64,000 bases of DNA, from contig CAYTGI010000003.1 in assembly GCA_964437465.1 (NCBI GenBank), positions 5,731 to 69,730 on the forward strand, written 5' to 3'. Numbering within the stretch: position 1 is the first letter of the stretch; the number at the start of each line of letters is the position of its first letter. Origin of the DNA: an uncultured Candidatus Saccharibacteria bacterium. GTDB taxonomy: Bacteria > Patescibacteriota > Dojkabacteria > J137. The translations under genes and the position numbers were made by a program. Below the pieces are notes generated by a model. It did no database searches. It was not told where the DNA came from and saw only the letters and a program-made list of their open reading frames with translations. Of the stretch, positions 1-10,464 are shown piece after piece.

Positions 1-167
1 AATTCTACTCTTGAATAGCTCTCTTGATATAATATATCTAATTTCATTGAAATATAATAAAAAATAATTAAAATATTATATATTTTTAATATTGAAAGGT
101 AAATTAGATTGCTTAGTGGAAAACTATTCGTGATACAATTATTAGCGTATTTGTTAAATTAAATTGA

Positions 168-3100
168 ATGCTTGGTAAAGTAAAAAAACTATTTGATTCT
201 TCAAACAAAAAACTTAGAGCAACAAGAAATGACTTAACTGCAATAAGAGATTTAGAAGAAGACATAAAAAAAATGTCTGATAAAGACATAAAGAAAAGAA
301 TCTCAGAGATGAAAGATGAGTTAAAAGAACTAGTTAATAAAATTCCAGAAGAACAAAAAAAGTCTCTAACAAAAGTAAATCGAAGAGAAAAATTCCCTGA
401 TAATGAAAAAGAAGTACAGGAAAAGCTTTGGGAGTTTATGCCAGAAGTTTATGCAATGTTAAACGAATCTTTCAGACGAACAGTTGGATTCACCTATCAT
501 GATGTGCAATTACAAGCTGGAATATTATTAGGTAAAGGCCAGCTTCTTGTAGAGCAATATACTGGTGAGGGGAAAACTATGACTTTTATGCTTCCGCTTG
601 CACTTTATGCATTAGCAGGTCGAGGTGCACATCTTGTTACTGTCAATAACTATCTTACAAAAGTAGGTGGTGAGTACGCAGGCTACATGCTATCAAGGCT
701 AGGATTGTCTGTAGGAATTATCTCTCCTGATGGATCATTTAAATTTGTTGAGAATAAAGATCTTGAAAAATATAAATCTAAGGATTCGATTGAAGAGGAG
801 TATGACAGAATATCAATTGATGCAATGGGTGGGAGAAATCTAGTTTCATGTCAGAAAAGAGAAGCTTATTATTGCGATGTAACTTACGCTACAAATAATG
901 AGCTTGGATTCGACTATCTTAGAGATAATATGGCTTGGGATATTGGTAGATTAGCTCAAAGAGAACTGTACTTCTGCATTATTGATGAGGCCGACTCAAT
1001 TCTGATTGATGAGGCTAGAACTCCTTTGATTATTTCTGCAACTCCTGACGAAACTGATACAGAGAAGTACGCTCGTTTCGCAGCTGCTGTAAAAAATTTA
1101 GATGAAGGTGAGGAAAAAGACTACGTTGTTGATTATAAGGCTAGAAGTGTAAATCTAACTGAGTCAGGAATGTCTAAGGTTGAAGAGTTCTTAGAAGTAG
1201 ATAATGCTTGGGCTGACTACTCTACTGCTTACCACATAGAGAATGCACTTAAAGCAAAAGCATTATTCATTAAAGATGATCAATACATGGTTAGAAATGG
1301 AAATGTTTACATTGTAGATGAATTTACAGGACGTGTTCTTGAGGGAAGAAGATATTCAGAAGGTCTTCACCAAGCAATTGAGGCAAAAGAAGGTGTTGAA
1401 ATAAAACAAGAAAGTAAAACTTTCGCTACAATCACTTTCCAAAACTTTTTTAGAATATACAAAGTTCTGGCTGGTGGTTCAGGAACAATTATGACTGAAT
1501 CTGAGGAGTTTTATAAGATTTACGGTTTAGATTCAGTAGTTATACCTACAAATAAACCAAGAATTAGAATTGATTATCCAGATAGGATCTATAAAACAGC
1601 TGAAGCTAAATTTAAAGCAGTTGTTAGTGAAATTATTGAAATGCACGAACAAGGAAGACCAGTTCTTGTCGGTACTACTTCCGTTGAAAAGTCAGAATTA
1701 ATCTCTAAGCTTTTAGACAGAGAAGGTATTCCTCATGAAGTTCTAAATGCAAAATTTCACGAGCAGGAATCTAGAATTGTTGCTGAAGCTGGAAAGAAAG
1801 GTGCTGTAACTGTTGCTACAAACATGGCTGGTAGAGGTACAGATATTGTTATCGGTGGTGGATCTAGAGGTGATGATTCATATAACGAAGTGGCTGAACT
1901 TGGAGGACTACATGTAATTGGTACAGAAAGACATGATTCAAGAAGAATTGATAATCAGCTTAGAGGAAGGACAGGAAGGCAAGGAGAACCAGGAAGCACA
2001 AGATTCTACGTCTCGCTTGATGATCAGATTATGAGAGTTCTTGGTGGAGAATTCTTATCTAAACTTTTAAATATGGTTAGAGTTCCAGACGACATGCCTA
2101 TTGAGATGCAGATGATCGCAAATCAAATTGAAACTGCACAAAAAAGAGTTGAGGGAGTTAATTTTGACTCAAGAAAGCGTATTGTTGAATACGACGATGT
2201 TATGAATCAACATAGAGAGATTTTCTATACTAAGAGAAACAATGTTCTATTTACAACAGACCATGCTTTAGGTAAATTCATAGAAGCTGATAGAGCAATT
2301 GATATTAATCTTCCAGAACATGAAGATAAAAAAGCAAAATATCAAGATGAAGCTGATGACAATAAGGAAAGAGCTGAAGAAATGATTGAACACTTAGTTT
2401 TAAGTACTATTGAAAATCAGATTTTTTCTACAATTCCTGAAGGAACTAAAATAAAAGAAGAAACTGCTGAGAGGGTAATTGAAAGGATCACTAAAACTAT
2501 ACCAGCTCCTCTACTTCAAAGATCTATGGGAGTAGCTAGCTCATCCTTAGCAAAAGAGTATTTAAAGAAAATAGAAAAAGGTGAAGATCCTCAAGAAATA
2601 TTGATAGAAGCCTCTAAAAAATCATTTGAAGATAAAGTTAAAGAACTTGAAACTGATTACTACACGGTAATAAAAATGCTAAATCTTGAAACATTAGATA
2701 AAGCTTGGGTTGATCATTTAGAAATAATGAAAGATGTTAGAGATAGTATCTCTCTATCTGGCTATGCGCAGAGGAACCCATTAGTTGAATATAAAAATAT
2801 AGCATTTCAAATTTTTGAATCATTTATCACTAAAGTAGATTTAGAAGTGTCATCTAAATTCTTCAAAGTAACTAAAGTGCGAAGGGTTAGCCAACCTCAA
2901 AATATTCAAACTAATGATGATGAGGTTAGTGATGTTTTGACTGGGGACAGAGAGATGCTACCTGGTCCTGGTGATGCAGTTAGATCAAAAGATGTGATTT
3001 CAGATATTGATAATGCTGTGAAAAAACGAAATCAAAGAATGCGAACAAACTCTTCAGAACAAGGTTCAAGAACAGTTGTCTCAGAAAAAAAGTATGGAAG

Positions 3101-3209
3101 AAATGATCGTGTTACAGTTGAATACACTGATGGTAGAAAACATGAGGATGTTAAATATAAAAAAGTCCAAGCTGATGTTGAGGCAGGGAATGCTAGGGTG
3201 ATTAGCTAA
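168..3209 (+). CDS. secA: Preprotein translocase ATPase SecA
   Basis: TGEGKT Walker A, TNNELGFDYLRDN, IDEADSILIDEARTPLIIS, ATNMAGRGTDI, RRIDNQLRGR motifs. Confidence 0.98.
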   Translation: MLGKVKKLFDSSNKKLRATRNDLTAIRDLEEDIKKMSDKDIKKRISEMKDELKELVNKIPEEQKKSLTKVNRREKFPDNEKEVQEKLWEFMPEVYAMLNESFRRTVGFTYHDVQLQAGILLGKGQLLVEQYTGEGKTMTFMLPLALYALAGRGAHLVTVNNYLTKVGGEYAGYMLSRLGLSVGIISPDGSFKFVENKDLEKYKSKDSIEEEYDRISIDAMGGRNLVSCQKREAYYCDVTYATNNELGFDYLRDNMAWDIGRLAQRELYFCIIDEADSILIDEARTPLIISATPDETDTEKYARFAAAVKNLDEGEEKDYVVDYKARSVNLTESGMSKVEEFLEVDNAWADYSTAYHIENALKAKALFIKDDQYMVRNGNVYIVDEFTGRVLEGRRYSEGLHQAIEAKEGVEIKQESKTFATITFQNFFRIYKVLAGGSGTIMTESEEFYKIYGLDSVVIPTNKPRIRIDYPDRIYKTAEAKFKAVVSEIIEMHEQGRPVLVGTTSVEKSELISKLLDREGIPHEVLNAKFHEQESRIVAEAGKKGAVTVATNMAGRGTDIVIGGGSRGDDSYNEVAELGGLHVIGTERHDSRRIDNQLRGRTGRQGEPGSTRFYVSLDDQIMRVLGGEFLSKLLNMVRVPDDMPIEMQMIANQIETAQKRVEGVNFDSRKRIVEYDDVMNQHREIFYTKRNNVLFTTDHALGKFIEADRAIDINLPEHEDKKAKYQDEADDNKERAEEMIEHLVLSTIENQIFSTIPEGTKIKEETAERVIERITKTIPAPLLQRSMGVASSSLAKEYLKKIEKGEDPQEILIEASKKSFEDKVKELETDYYTVIKMLNLETLDKAWVDHLEIMKDVRDSISLSGYAQRNPLVEYKNIAFQIFESFITKVDLEVSSKFFKVTKVRRVSQPQNIQTNDDEVSDVLTGDREMLPGPGDAVRSKDVISDIDNAVKKRNQRMRTNSSEQGSRTVVSEKKYGRNDRVTVEYTDGRKHEDVKYKKVQADVEAGNARVIS

Positions 3210-3229
3210 AAGTTAAAAATTTAGACGAT

Positions 3230-3748
3230 TTGAAAAACTATTTCCAAGCCAATCCAGACAAACCATTTCACCTCTCAATAGGCGCTGTAGTAATGAACGA
3301 AGATTATTCTAAAGTTCTTTTTCATCACATTCCTAAGTTTCAAGATTATGAAGACATTTATTTACTTATGAGAGAAAGTATGGAAACTGAAGAAAAATTT
3401 GAAGATACACTTACTAGAGGTGTTAAAGAGGAATTTGGTGCAGAAGTAGAGATTATTGATTTCCTAGGATCACTTGTTGCGATTGATAATTGGTTCGGGG
3501 AGATTAATAAAGAAACAGAAGTTCAAAAAACAACACTATATTTTCTTACTAAATTTAAGTCTCAAGATAAGAATCAAAGAGTAGATGAAGGAACAATTGA
3601 ATCGAAGTCTACTCTAGTTTGGTTAAGCATTGAAGAGGCTATAGAAAAAATGCGTAATTTCTTTTCAAAATATAAGATTAATAATCTGAATGAAGTGGAT
3701 GTACTCAATAGAGCTAGAGAATACATAGATATCCACATGCTCACATAG
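3230..3748 (+). CDS. NUDIX-family hydrolase
   Basis: Degenerate Nudix box ETEEKFEDTLTRGVKEEFG and SIGAVV strand. Confidence 0.7.
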   Translation: MKNYFQANPDKPFHLSIGAVVMNEDYSKVLFHHIPKFQDYEDIYLLMRESMETEEKFEDTLTRGVKEEFGAEVEIIDFLGSLVAIDNWFGEINKETEVQKTTLYFLTKFKSQDKNQRVDEGTIESKSTLVWLSIEEAIEKMRNFFSKYKINNLNEVDVLNRAREYIDIHMLT

Positions 3749-3825
3749 AGAATAATCTATTTATAATCCCCTTGCAAAAAAGGTCAAAGAATCATAGATT
3801 GTATACACAATTATTATTTTCAAAC

Positions 3826-4044
3826 ATGCCAAACTCATTTAAGACTTATTTCTGGGACATTGACTCAGAAAAGCTTAATCTCGAAGAAGATTACATTTAT
3901 ATTATTTCAAGATTATTAGAACTGGGTAAGTTCGAATCTGTACAATGGATATTCAACCATTACTCTAAACTAGATATACAAGATGCACTATATAATGGAA
4001 ATGTTTCAGAACAGACAAAAGAATTTGTTAAAGCTTTAATATAA
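3826..4044 (+). CDS. DUF6922-like small protein, putative antitoxin partner of AbiEii
   Basis: YFWD...YIISRLLELG signature; directly upstream of AbiEii-like gene; ATG at 3826 preferred over TTG at 3772. Confidence 0.7.
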   Translation: MPNSFKTYFWDIDSEKLNLEEDYIYIISRLLELGKFESVQWIFNHYSKLDIQDALYNGNVSEQTKEFVKALI

Positions 4045-4047
4045 ATA

Positions 4048-4677
4048 ATGTTATATAAAGAGGTTTTGCCAAAAAGATCATATGATCTCTTAGAGGAGAT
4101 TATGTTAAATCAGGATTTTGATGACTTTTATCTAGCTGGCGGGACAGCTTTAGCACTTCAACTTGGACATAGAATATCAATTGACTTAGACTTTTTTACA
4201 CAAAGTCAGTTCCCGATCTCACTTCTAAATGCATTTCCAGATAACTATACAACCAACTACGCAAGAAGAAATTCTATTCAAGTTATTTCGAGAGAAACTA
4301 AAGTTGAATTTATTTACTGGGCATTTCCGATTACAAAAGAAAAAAAAGTAGTTCAAGGTTTGAGACTTCTCGATCCAATTGACATTGGCTTGATGAAGCT
4401 TTTAGCGATACAGGGAAGAACGACTAAAAAGGATATTGTCGATTTGTATATTATTGATAAAGAAGTAATAAAATTAGAGGAATTAATTAAGCTATTCCAA
4501 GAACACTATCCAAAAGAAAGTTTTAATCTCTATCAAAGTTTCAAAGATATTTTCAATACAAAAAAAATTCATAGTGACCCTATGCCTAACATGAACACAG
4601 AATGTAACTTTAATGAGATTTTTGAGATGATGAAAGAGTTAGTAATTGGGGTTGTTAAGAAAGATTTTTTAAGTTGA
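4048..4677 (+). CDS. AbiEii/AbiGii-family nucleotidyltransferase
   Basis: FYLAGGTALAL..GHRISIDLDFF, MKLLAI..R..KKDIVDLY. Confidence 0.88.
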   Translation: MLYKEVLPKRSYDLLEEIMLNQDFDDFYLAGGTALALQLGHRISIDLDFFTQSQFPISLLNAFPDNYTTNYARRNSIQVISRETKVEFIYWAFPITKEKKVVQGLRLLDPIDIGLMKLLAIQGRTTKKDIVDLYIIDKEVIKLEELIKLFQEHYPKESFNLYQSFKDIFNTKKIHSDPMPNMNTECNFNEIFEMMKELVIGVVKKDFLS

Positions 4678-4727
4678 TGAATTTGAATTTAATAAATGTT
4701 AATTTGAATTAAGGTTATAAATAAAAA

Positions 4728-5075
4728 ATGATTTTAAGTTCAGTACCATCAGATACAAATAATGAGCCTCAGAATCAAAACAACGGTTCAGACGATACTA
4801 CTCCACCTCACTATCCAGACTCACAAACAACAGATAGAATAAAGAATCTTGCCTATGTTGGAACAGCACTAAATGAAACTGCGAGCGATACAACTTTTAT
4901 GACAAATTTTTATGTTGCGAAAGAATCTCTACTAAGATTTAAAGAGGGAATAGATAGGTTAAATTTAGATAGTGCATCCAAGAAAGGTATGTATGACTTA
5001 ATAGAATATCTGGATCAGAAGATTGACAAAAGAATTAAGTATGCGAACACAACTGGTGAAAAACCAATGACTTAA
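4728..5075 (+). CDS. Hypothetical protein
   Basis: 115-aa ORF, no recognisable motif. Confidence 0.55.
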   Translation: MILSSVPSDTNNEPQNQNNGSDDTTPPHYPDSQTTDRIKNLAYVGTALNETASDTTFMTNFYVAKESLLRFKEGIDRLNLDSASKKGMYDLIEYLDQKIDKRIKYANTTGEKPMT

Positions 5076-5086
5076 GTCTATATCTG

Positions 5087-5155
5087 TGATATAATGTAAC
5101 TGCTCCCATTCCCTGGTTAGGGAATATTAAGGAGCAATGACTGCTCCGAAGTCAT
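5087..5155 (+). promoter_or_regulatory. Extended -10 promoter and structured 5' leader of the DEAD-box helicase
   Basis: TGaTATAAT at 5087-5095, then stems TGCTCC/GGAGCA, ATTCCCT/AGGGAAT and ATGACT/AGTCAT. Confidence 0.55.
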
Positions 5156-5214
5156 CACTTAAACTAAAGAATAAGTATTTGGATTGTGGTCGTGTTTAAT
5201 TTTTATAAAAATAA

Positions 5215-6537
5215 ATGAAAGATAATAAACAAAGATTCTCTAAGAGAGGGTCCAACAAAGATAGAAGAAATTTTAAAAATAAGAAAGGATCAGGAGGAGG
5301 ATATCAAAAAAATCCAAGATTCAACAATAATAGAAATAACAAAAGTAGAGGAAATAGGGGTTCTAGAGGTGATCGTATAAATATACCTTTAGAAAAGTTG
5401 TTTAATAAAAGACAAGAAGGTGAGGTAGAAGCAGAGTTTAAGCCAATGTTTAGGATTGAAGACTTACCTATAGATGATAGATTAAAGCAAAATGTCATAA
5501 GCAAAGGTTTTAAAAATCTTACGCCAATTCAAGATCAAGCTATTCCAGCTTCTGTAATAGGCCAAGATGTTGTTGGTATTGCTGATACTGGTAGTGGAAA
5601 AACAGCTGCATTTCTAATTCCTGCTATTAATAAAACTATTCAAGATCCTAAAAAAAATGTACTAATCATTACTCCAACAAGAGAGTTAGCTCTTCAAATT
5701 AATAAGGAATTTAGAGATCTTGCTAAAGGATTAAATATATTTTCTGCAGTATGTATTGGTGGAACAAATATGAAAAACCAAGTTTTTTTCTTAAGAAAGA
5801 AACATAATTTTGTTATAGGAACCCCGGGTAGAATACTAGATTTGGTAAGAACAAAAAACTTAAAGCTAAACAATACACACACATTAATTTTAGATGAAGT
5901 AGATAGAATGTTAGATATGGGGTTTATTGATGATGTAAAAGAGATTATTAATAATGTACCCTCATATAGACAAACATTATTCTACTCAGCAACGAATTCT
6001 AAACCAGTCTACAACTTAATGAGGAAGTTCTTAGCAGTAGATCATGCAACCTTCTCTGTTAAAAAAAGAGATACTAGTAAAAATGTTGATCAAGACATTA
6101 TAGAGGTAACTATCAATGATTCAAAAGAAGAAGTACTATTATCAATCTTGAACCAAGATAATGTAGAAAAGACAATTGTATTTGTTAGAACAAAAAGATT
6201 CGCAGAAAAATTAACTAGCTATCTTCAAAAAAATAAAATGAAGGTTGTATCACTTCATGGTGATAAATCTCAGAATCAACGAAAAAGAAGCTTAGAACTT
6301 TTCAAACAGGACAAAGTTGATATTCTCGTAGCTACCGATGTTGCAGCTAGAGGTCTAGATATTCCAGATGTTAGTCACGTTATCAACTATGATCTTCCTG
6401 AGAATTATGAGGATTATATTCATAGGGTTGGAAGAACAGGAAGAGCTGACAATGTAGGATCTGCACTAAATTTTGTCGATCATAAAAAATTAACAAATAG
6501 AGAAAGAGAAGAACTTTCAAAGATTAAAAGCTCATAG
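5215..6537 (+). CDS. DEAD-box RNA helicase
   Basis: Q motif TPIQ, TGSGKT, PTRELA, TPGR, DEVD, SAT, ARGLD, HRVGRTGR; basic N-terminal extension. Confidence 0.96.
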   Translation: MKDNKQRFSKRGSNKDRRNFKNKKGSGGGYQKNPRFNNNRNNKSRGNRGSRGDRINIPLEKLFNKRQEGEVEAEFKPMFRIEDLPIDDRLKQNVISKGFKNLTPIQDQAIPASVIGQDVVGIADTGSGKTAAFLIPAINKTIQDPKKNVLIITPTRELALQINKEFRDLAKGLNIFSAVCIGGTNMKNQVFFLRKKHNFVIGTPGRILDLVRTKNLKLNNTHTLILDEVDRMLDMGFIDDVKEIINNVPSYRQTLFYSATNSKPVYNLMRKFLAVDHATFSVKKRDTSKNVDQDIIEVTINDSKEEVLLSILNQDNVEKTIVFVRTKRFAEKLTSYLQKNKMKVVSLHGDKSQNQRKRSLELFKQDKVDILVATDVAARGLDIPDVSHVINYDLPENYEDYIHRVGRTGRADNVGSALNFVDHKKLTNREREELSKIKSS

Positions 6538-6590
6538 ATGCTAGTCATCAGTCCTGAAATTGTGTAAAGTTATTCATAGCTATTGAAATT

Positions 6591-8438
6591 ATGCTTGAAG
6601 GACTTTATAGACTATTAATTGGTCAAAAATACAAGGATTATGAAGAGGATAGATTAATATCTCTTTTTTTTACCAACATTTTTTCGATTCTTGGATTCTT
6701 AATCATATTAGCCTATGGTATTGTTAACCTGTACTTTGGGTTTTTCCTGCCTGCTTTTATGGAGATAGCTTCTTCATTTATTTTATTACTAGTCTTTATA
6801 TATACAAGAAAATCAGGGGATCCTACTAGCTTCAATTATGTAAAAATTGCACTAATTGTTGGTCTGTATGTATATGTATTTTTAACTGGAGGTTCTCAAG
6901 GGACCGGTTTTCTTTGGGTATACACTTTTCCAGTAGCTATTTTCGCAATAACATCTAGTTCTGTAGCAATAGCAGTAACATTATTTTTTTACTCATTTTT
7001 AATCATATTTCAAGTATTAAATTTAATAGGTATTTATTCTTTACCTTACACAGCTGAGGATGTAAATACATTTCTTTTTAGTATTGTTGTTGTTACAGCT
7101 GTTGTGTATTTGCTTAGAGTAAATTTGGAAAAAAGTAACAAAACTATAACGGAGCAAAGAGTAGAGCTTCAAAGGCTAAATCAAAGATACACATCTGAAT
7201 TAGAAAAGAAAAGTATTTTAGAAAAAGATTTTACATTAACAATAAAGAAGTTTAAAGATCAAAATAGTCAACTTGAAAATACAAAGGTGGCAATGATTAA
7301 CCTCCTTGAAGATATCAATGAGGAGAAGAATAGATCTCAAGAGCAAACAGATAGATTAAAGCAGTTTGAAGAAGCAGTGGAAAATGCTAATGATCATATA
7401 GTGTTTACTTCAACAGACGGGGAAATAATCTATGCTAATAAAGCTGTCGAAGAGACCACTGGATTTGAGAAAGAAGAGATTATTGGCAAAACTCCTCGAA
7501 TTTGGGGTGGGCAAATGTCGAAAGAGTTCTATGATGAGTTCTGGCGGACAATAAAGTATGATAAAAAAATATTTAAAGGTGAGGTAATAAATAGAAAGAA
7601 AAATGGAGAACTATATACAGCAAGTATTCAATCTATACCAATTTTAGGAGACTCTGGAGAAATAAAGTTTTTTGTTGGAATAGAAAGAGATATTACTGAG
7701 GATAAAGAAATTGAAAAACTAAAGTCTGAGTTTGTTTCTATAGCTTCACATCAATTAAGAACCCCAGCAACAGGTGTAAAATGGTTTACTGAAATATTAC
7801 TAGATGATAAAGCAGGAGAGCTTAACGATCAACAACGAGAATATATGAAAGAGGTATATCACAGTAATGAAAGAATGCTTAAGTTAATTAATGATCTCTT
7901 AAACGTATCTCGAATAGAAACTGGAAAGAAGTTTACGATAGAAATTAAAACTGTTGATGCAGCAGATATAATAAATCAAGAGATTAAAAATATGAAAATT
8001 ATAGCCGAAAAGAAGAATATAACCATCTTAAAAGATGAAAGTATTCCTAAAAAATTAGAGATAGACTTAGATCCAGATAAATTTTCTCAAGTTATAAAAA
8101 ATCTTATTGATAATGGAATAAAGTACTCACCAGAAAAAACAAAAGTAACTGTGGGGCTTCGTGAGGAGGAAGATAATGCTGTTTTCTGGGTTAAAGATGA
8201 AGGAATTGGAATTCCTGTCGCTCAGCAAGATAGAATATTTGAGAAATTCTTTAGGGCAGATAATGTCCTTAAAGCTGACACTGATGGAACAGGTTTAGGA
8301 CTATATATTGTAAAGGCTATTGTAGAAGGACATCAAGGTAGTGTTAGTTTTGAAACGGAAGAAGGTAAAGGTACAACATTTTTCATTAGTTTTCCAAAAG
8401 AACAACACAGTAAAGATAAGAGAACTATAAGAGTTTAA
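6591..8438 (+). CDS. Membrane-bound PAS sensor histidine kinase
   Basis: Multiple TM helices, PAS/PAC, SHQLRTP H-box, N/G1/F/G2 boxes. Confidence 0.93.
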   Translation: MLEGLYRLLIGQKYKDYEEDRLISLFFTNIFSILGFLIILAYGIVNLYFGFFLPAFMEIASSFILLLVFIYTRKSGDPTSFNYVKIALIVGLYVYVFLTGGSQGTGFLWVYTFPVAIFAITSSSVAIAVTLFFYSFLIIFQVLNLIGIYSLPYTAEDVNTFLFSIVVVTAVVYLLRVNLEKSNKTITEQRVELQRLNQRYTSELEKKSILEKDFTLTIKKFKDQNSQLENTKVAMINLLEDINEEKNRSQEQTDRLKQFEEAVENANDHIVFTSTDGEIIYANKAVEETTGFEKEEIIGKTPRIWGGQMSKEFYDEFWRTIKYDKKIFKGEVINRKKNGELYTASIQSIPILGDSGEIKFFVGIERDITEDKEIEKLKSEFVSIASHQLRTPATGVKWFTEILLDDKAGELNDQQREYMKEVYHSNERMLKLINDLLNVSRIETGKKFTIEIKTVDAADIINQEIKNMKIIAEKKNITILKDESIPKKLEIDLDPDKFSQVIKNLIDNGIKYSPEKTKVTVGLREEEDNAVFWVKDEGIGIPVAQQDRIFEKFFRADNVLKADTDGTGLGLYIVKAIVEGHQGSVSFETEEGKGTTFFISFPKEQHSKDKRTIRV

Positions 8439-9634
8439 TTTAGATTTATTCTGTAAATTTTATCATCACCTTCTCTTACTTCTCCTCTTCCGTCTCTATT
8501 TGAAGTTGTGAAATAAACATTATTATCTGGACCTTGTTTTAACTCACGTATTCTTCCATACTCGTTATTGGCAATACTACCTATTTGAGTAACCTCATCT
8601 CCTTTTATCTTAAGCACAATTATCCCCTCTCCCCTTAATGCAGCAACTAATAAAATATTATCCCAGTCGGTATTAGTACCTTCAATAAACAGTATACTTC
8701 CAGGTGCAATTGCAGGAGTGTATTGAATGATAGGTGTAAACATATTATTACTTGTCTCCTCTCCTCTAATTATGGGCCAACCATAATTCTGACCTCTTCG
8801 AATTAAGTTTATTTCATCTTGCCCTGTTCCTCCATCAAAACCAGATGGGCCATGTTCAGATTGATACATTTCTTTAGTTTCTGGATGCCAATCCATACCT
8901 TGAGCATTTCTATGTCCTAATGACCATATTTCACCTCTAGCTTCAGGATTGTTTAAAAATGGATTATCATCCGGTATAGAACCATCTTTATTTATTCTTA
9001 ACGTTTTTCCAGCTAATGATGAAAGATCTTGAGCCAATTCTTTCTGCGCAACATCTCCTGTTGTAATATATAGCTTACCATCAGGACCAAATCCTAGCTC
9101 ACCTCCTGAATGAACTCTTCCTGAAGGGATATCCTCAATGAGTGAGTCAACTTTACTTAGTGTTTCATTTTGATATAAGTATTTGTCAACTCTTAACAAT
9201 ACCTCAGAATTTGATGAATTATATGTATGGTAAATATAAATGAATGAATTTTGACTAAATTCAGGATCTTTTTTCATATCCATTAATCCTGCCTCACCTA
9301 TTGATACTATTTCATTGGATAAATCTAAAATAGGCTCATCTAGTACTACCCCATCTTTTATAATTTTAATTTGTCCGGTTCTTTCAGTAACTAAGGTAGT
9401 CTCTTCATCAATAAAAACTATTGACCAAGGAATCTCTAGATCTGAAGCATAAAGATCAACCTGTATTAAGTCTAAATTTACTAAATCATTATTTTCTGAA
9501 TTTAGCGATCTATTAGTACTAGCAAAAGGGGGTAAAATATCGAATTGGAAAAGTAAAAATAATATTACAAATAATGCAGTTGAAAGCAAACCAACTGTTA
9601 TAGAGAGAAATAAAGTAACTCTTCTATAGTTCAT
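8435..9634 (-). CDS. PQQ-dependent glucose/sorbosone dehydrogenase family protein
   Basis: PWSIVF, HSGGELGFGPDGKLY, GHRNAQG, DEINLI..G.NYGWP; N-terminal anchor. Confidence 0.9.
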   Translation of the reverse strand: MNYRRVTLFLSITVGLLSTALFVILFLLFQFDILPPFASTNRSLNSENNDLVNLDLIQVDLYASDLEIPWSIVFIDEETTLVTERTGQIKIIKDGVVLDEPILDLSNEIVSIGEAGLMDMKKDPEFSQNSFIYIYHTYNSSNSEVLLRVDKYLYQNETLSKVDSLIEDIPSGRVHSGGELGFGPDGKLYITTGDVAQKELAQDLSSLAGKTLRINKDGSIPDDNPFLNNPEARGEIWSLGHRNAQGMDWHPETKEMYQSEHGPSGFDGGTGQDEINLIRRGQNYGWPIIRGEETSNNMFTPIIQYTPAIAPGSILFIEGTNTDWDNILLVAALRGEGIIVLKIKGDEVTQIGSIANNEYGRIRELKQGPDNNVYFTTSNRDGRGEVREGDDKIYRINLN

Positions 9635-10023
9635 TTTATTTCCTCGAAATTAAGTGCTAAGGAATTAATACAATATCTTTTTCCGGTTTTTTCAGCTGGA
9701 CCATCATTAAAAACATGTCCAAGGTGAGAACCGCAATTGGAGCAAATCACTTCATCTCTTATCATTCCGTGTGATCTATCTTCTTTTACATCAATTTTAT
9801 TTGAACTAATAGCATCATAGAAACTAGGCCAACCTGATCCTGATTCAAATTTAGTATGTGAGGAGAATAAGGGTTCAGCACAAACAATGCATTTGTATAT
9901 ACCAGTTTTTTTGTTACCTAGAAGATGTCCTGAAAAGGGAGCTTCTGTACCTCCTAATACACATACCTCGTATTGTTCTTTTGATAACTTTTCTTTTAAT
10001 TCTTGTTTTTTCTCTTCATCCAT
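9631..10023 (-). CDS. msrB: Peptide-methionine (R)-S-oxide reductase
   Basis: GTEAPF, CIVC, KFESGSGWPSF, HLGHVF.DGP, RYCINS; ATG at 10023 preferred. Confidence 0.96.
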   Translation of the reverse strand: MDEEKKQELKEKLSKEQYEVCVLGGTEAPFSGHLLGNKKTGIYKCIVCAEPLFSSHTKFESGSGWPSFYDAISSNKIDVKEDRSHGMIRDEVICSNCGSHLGHVFNDGPAEKTGKRYCINSLALNFEEIK

Positions 10024-10087
10024 ACTTAATGTTATCAAAATTTGAGGTAGATTAAATAAGTTTTATGCCTAATAAATTTATATTAAA

Positions 10088-10348
10088 AAACTTACGAGAA
10101 GTAGGGGTCTGGGGGACTTAGCAGTCAACCATGCGAGTAAGTTAGACTTGCTAAGCCCCCAGGACTTTTGCATACTTTTAGTCATAAAAGTATGTATATA
10201 AACTTTTTCTTATCCCTGTACTTTTTATAACTAAAAAGTACCAAAAAGTTTTGGGAAGAATTCCAGCCTATCTCTCAGTTACTCTTTGAGGCACGCATAT
10301 CAAGGAGAATTCTCCCCCTGCCTGCCGTCAGACAGGCAAAACCTCATG
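10088..10348. repeat. ~260-bp hairpin-rich intergenic element, copy 1
   Basis: Near-identical reverse complement at 26519-26776; made of several stem-loops. Confidence 0.92.
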
Positions 10349-10426
10349 ATACTATTACTTTATTTTGCTAGTTTGTAAAACTGGATATAAAACTTATGAT
10401 ATGTGATAAAAAACGTAACTCCTTTC

Positions 10427-10458
10427 TTCATACAACTTTCACATAACTTTGATAGAAT
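10427..10458 (+). promoter_or_regulatory. 11-bp-period direct repeats overlapping a -10 box, putative OmpR-family binding site
   Basis: TTCATACAACT TTCACATAACT TTGATAGAAT; TAGAAT lies 6 nt before the ATG at 10465. Confidence 0.5.
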
Positions 10459-10464
10459 CACTAT

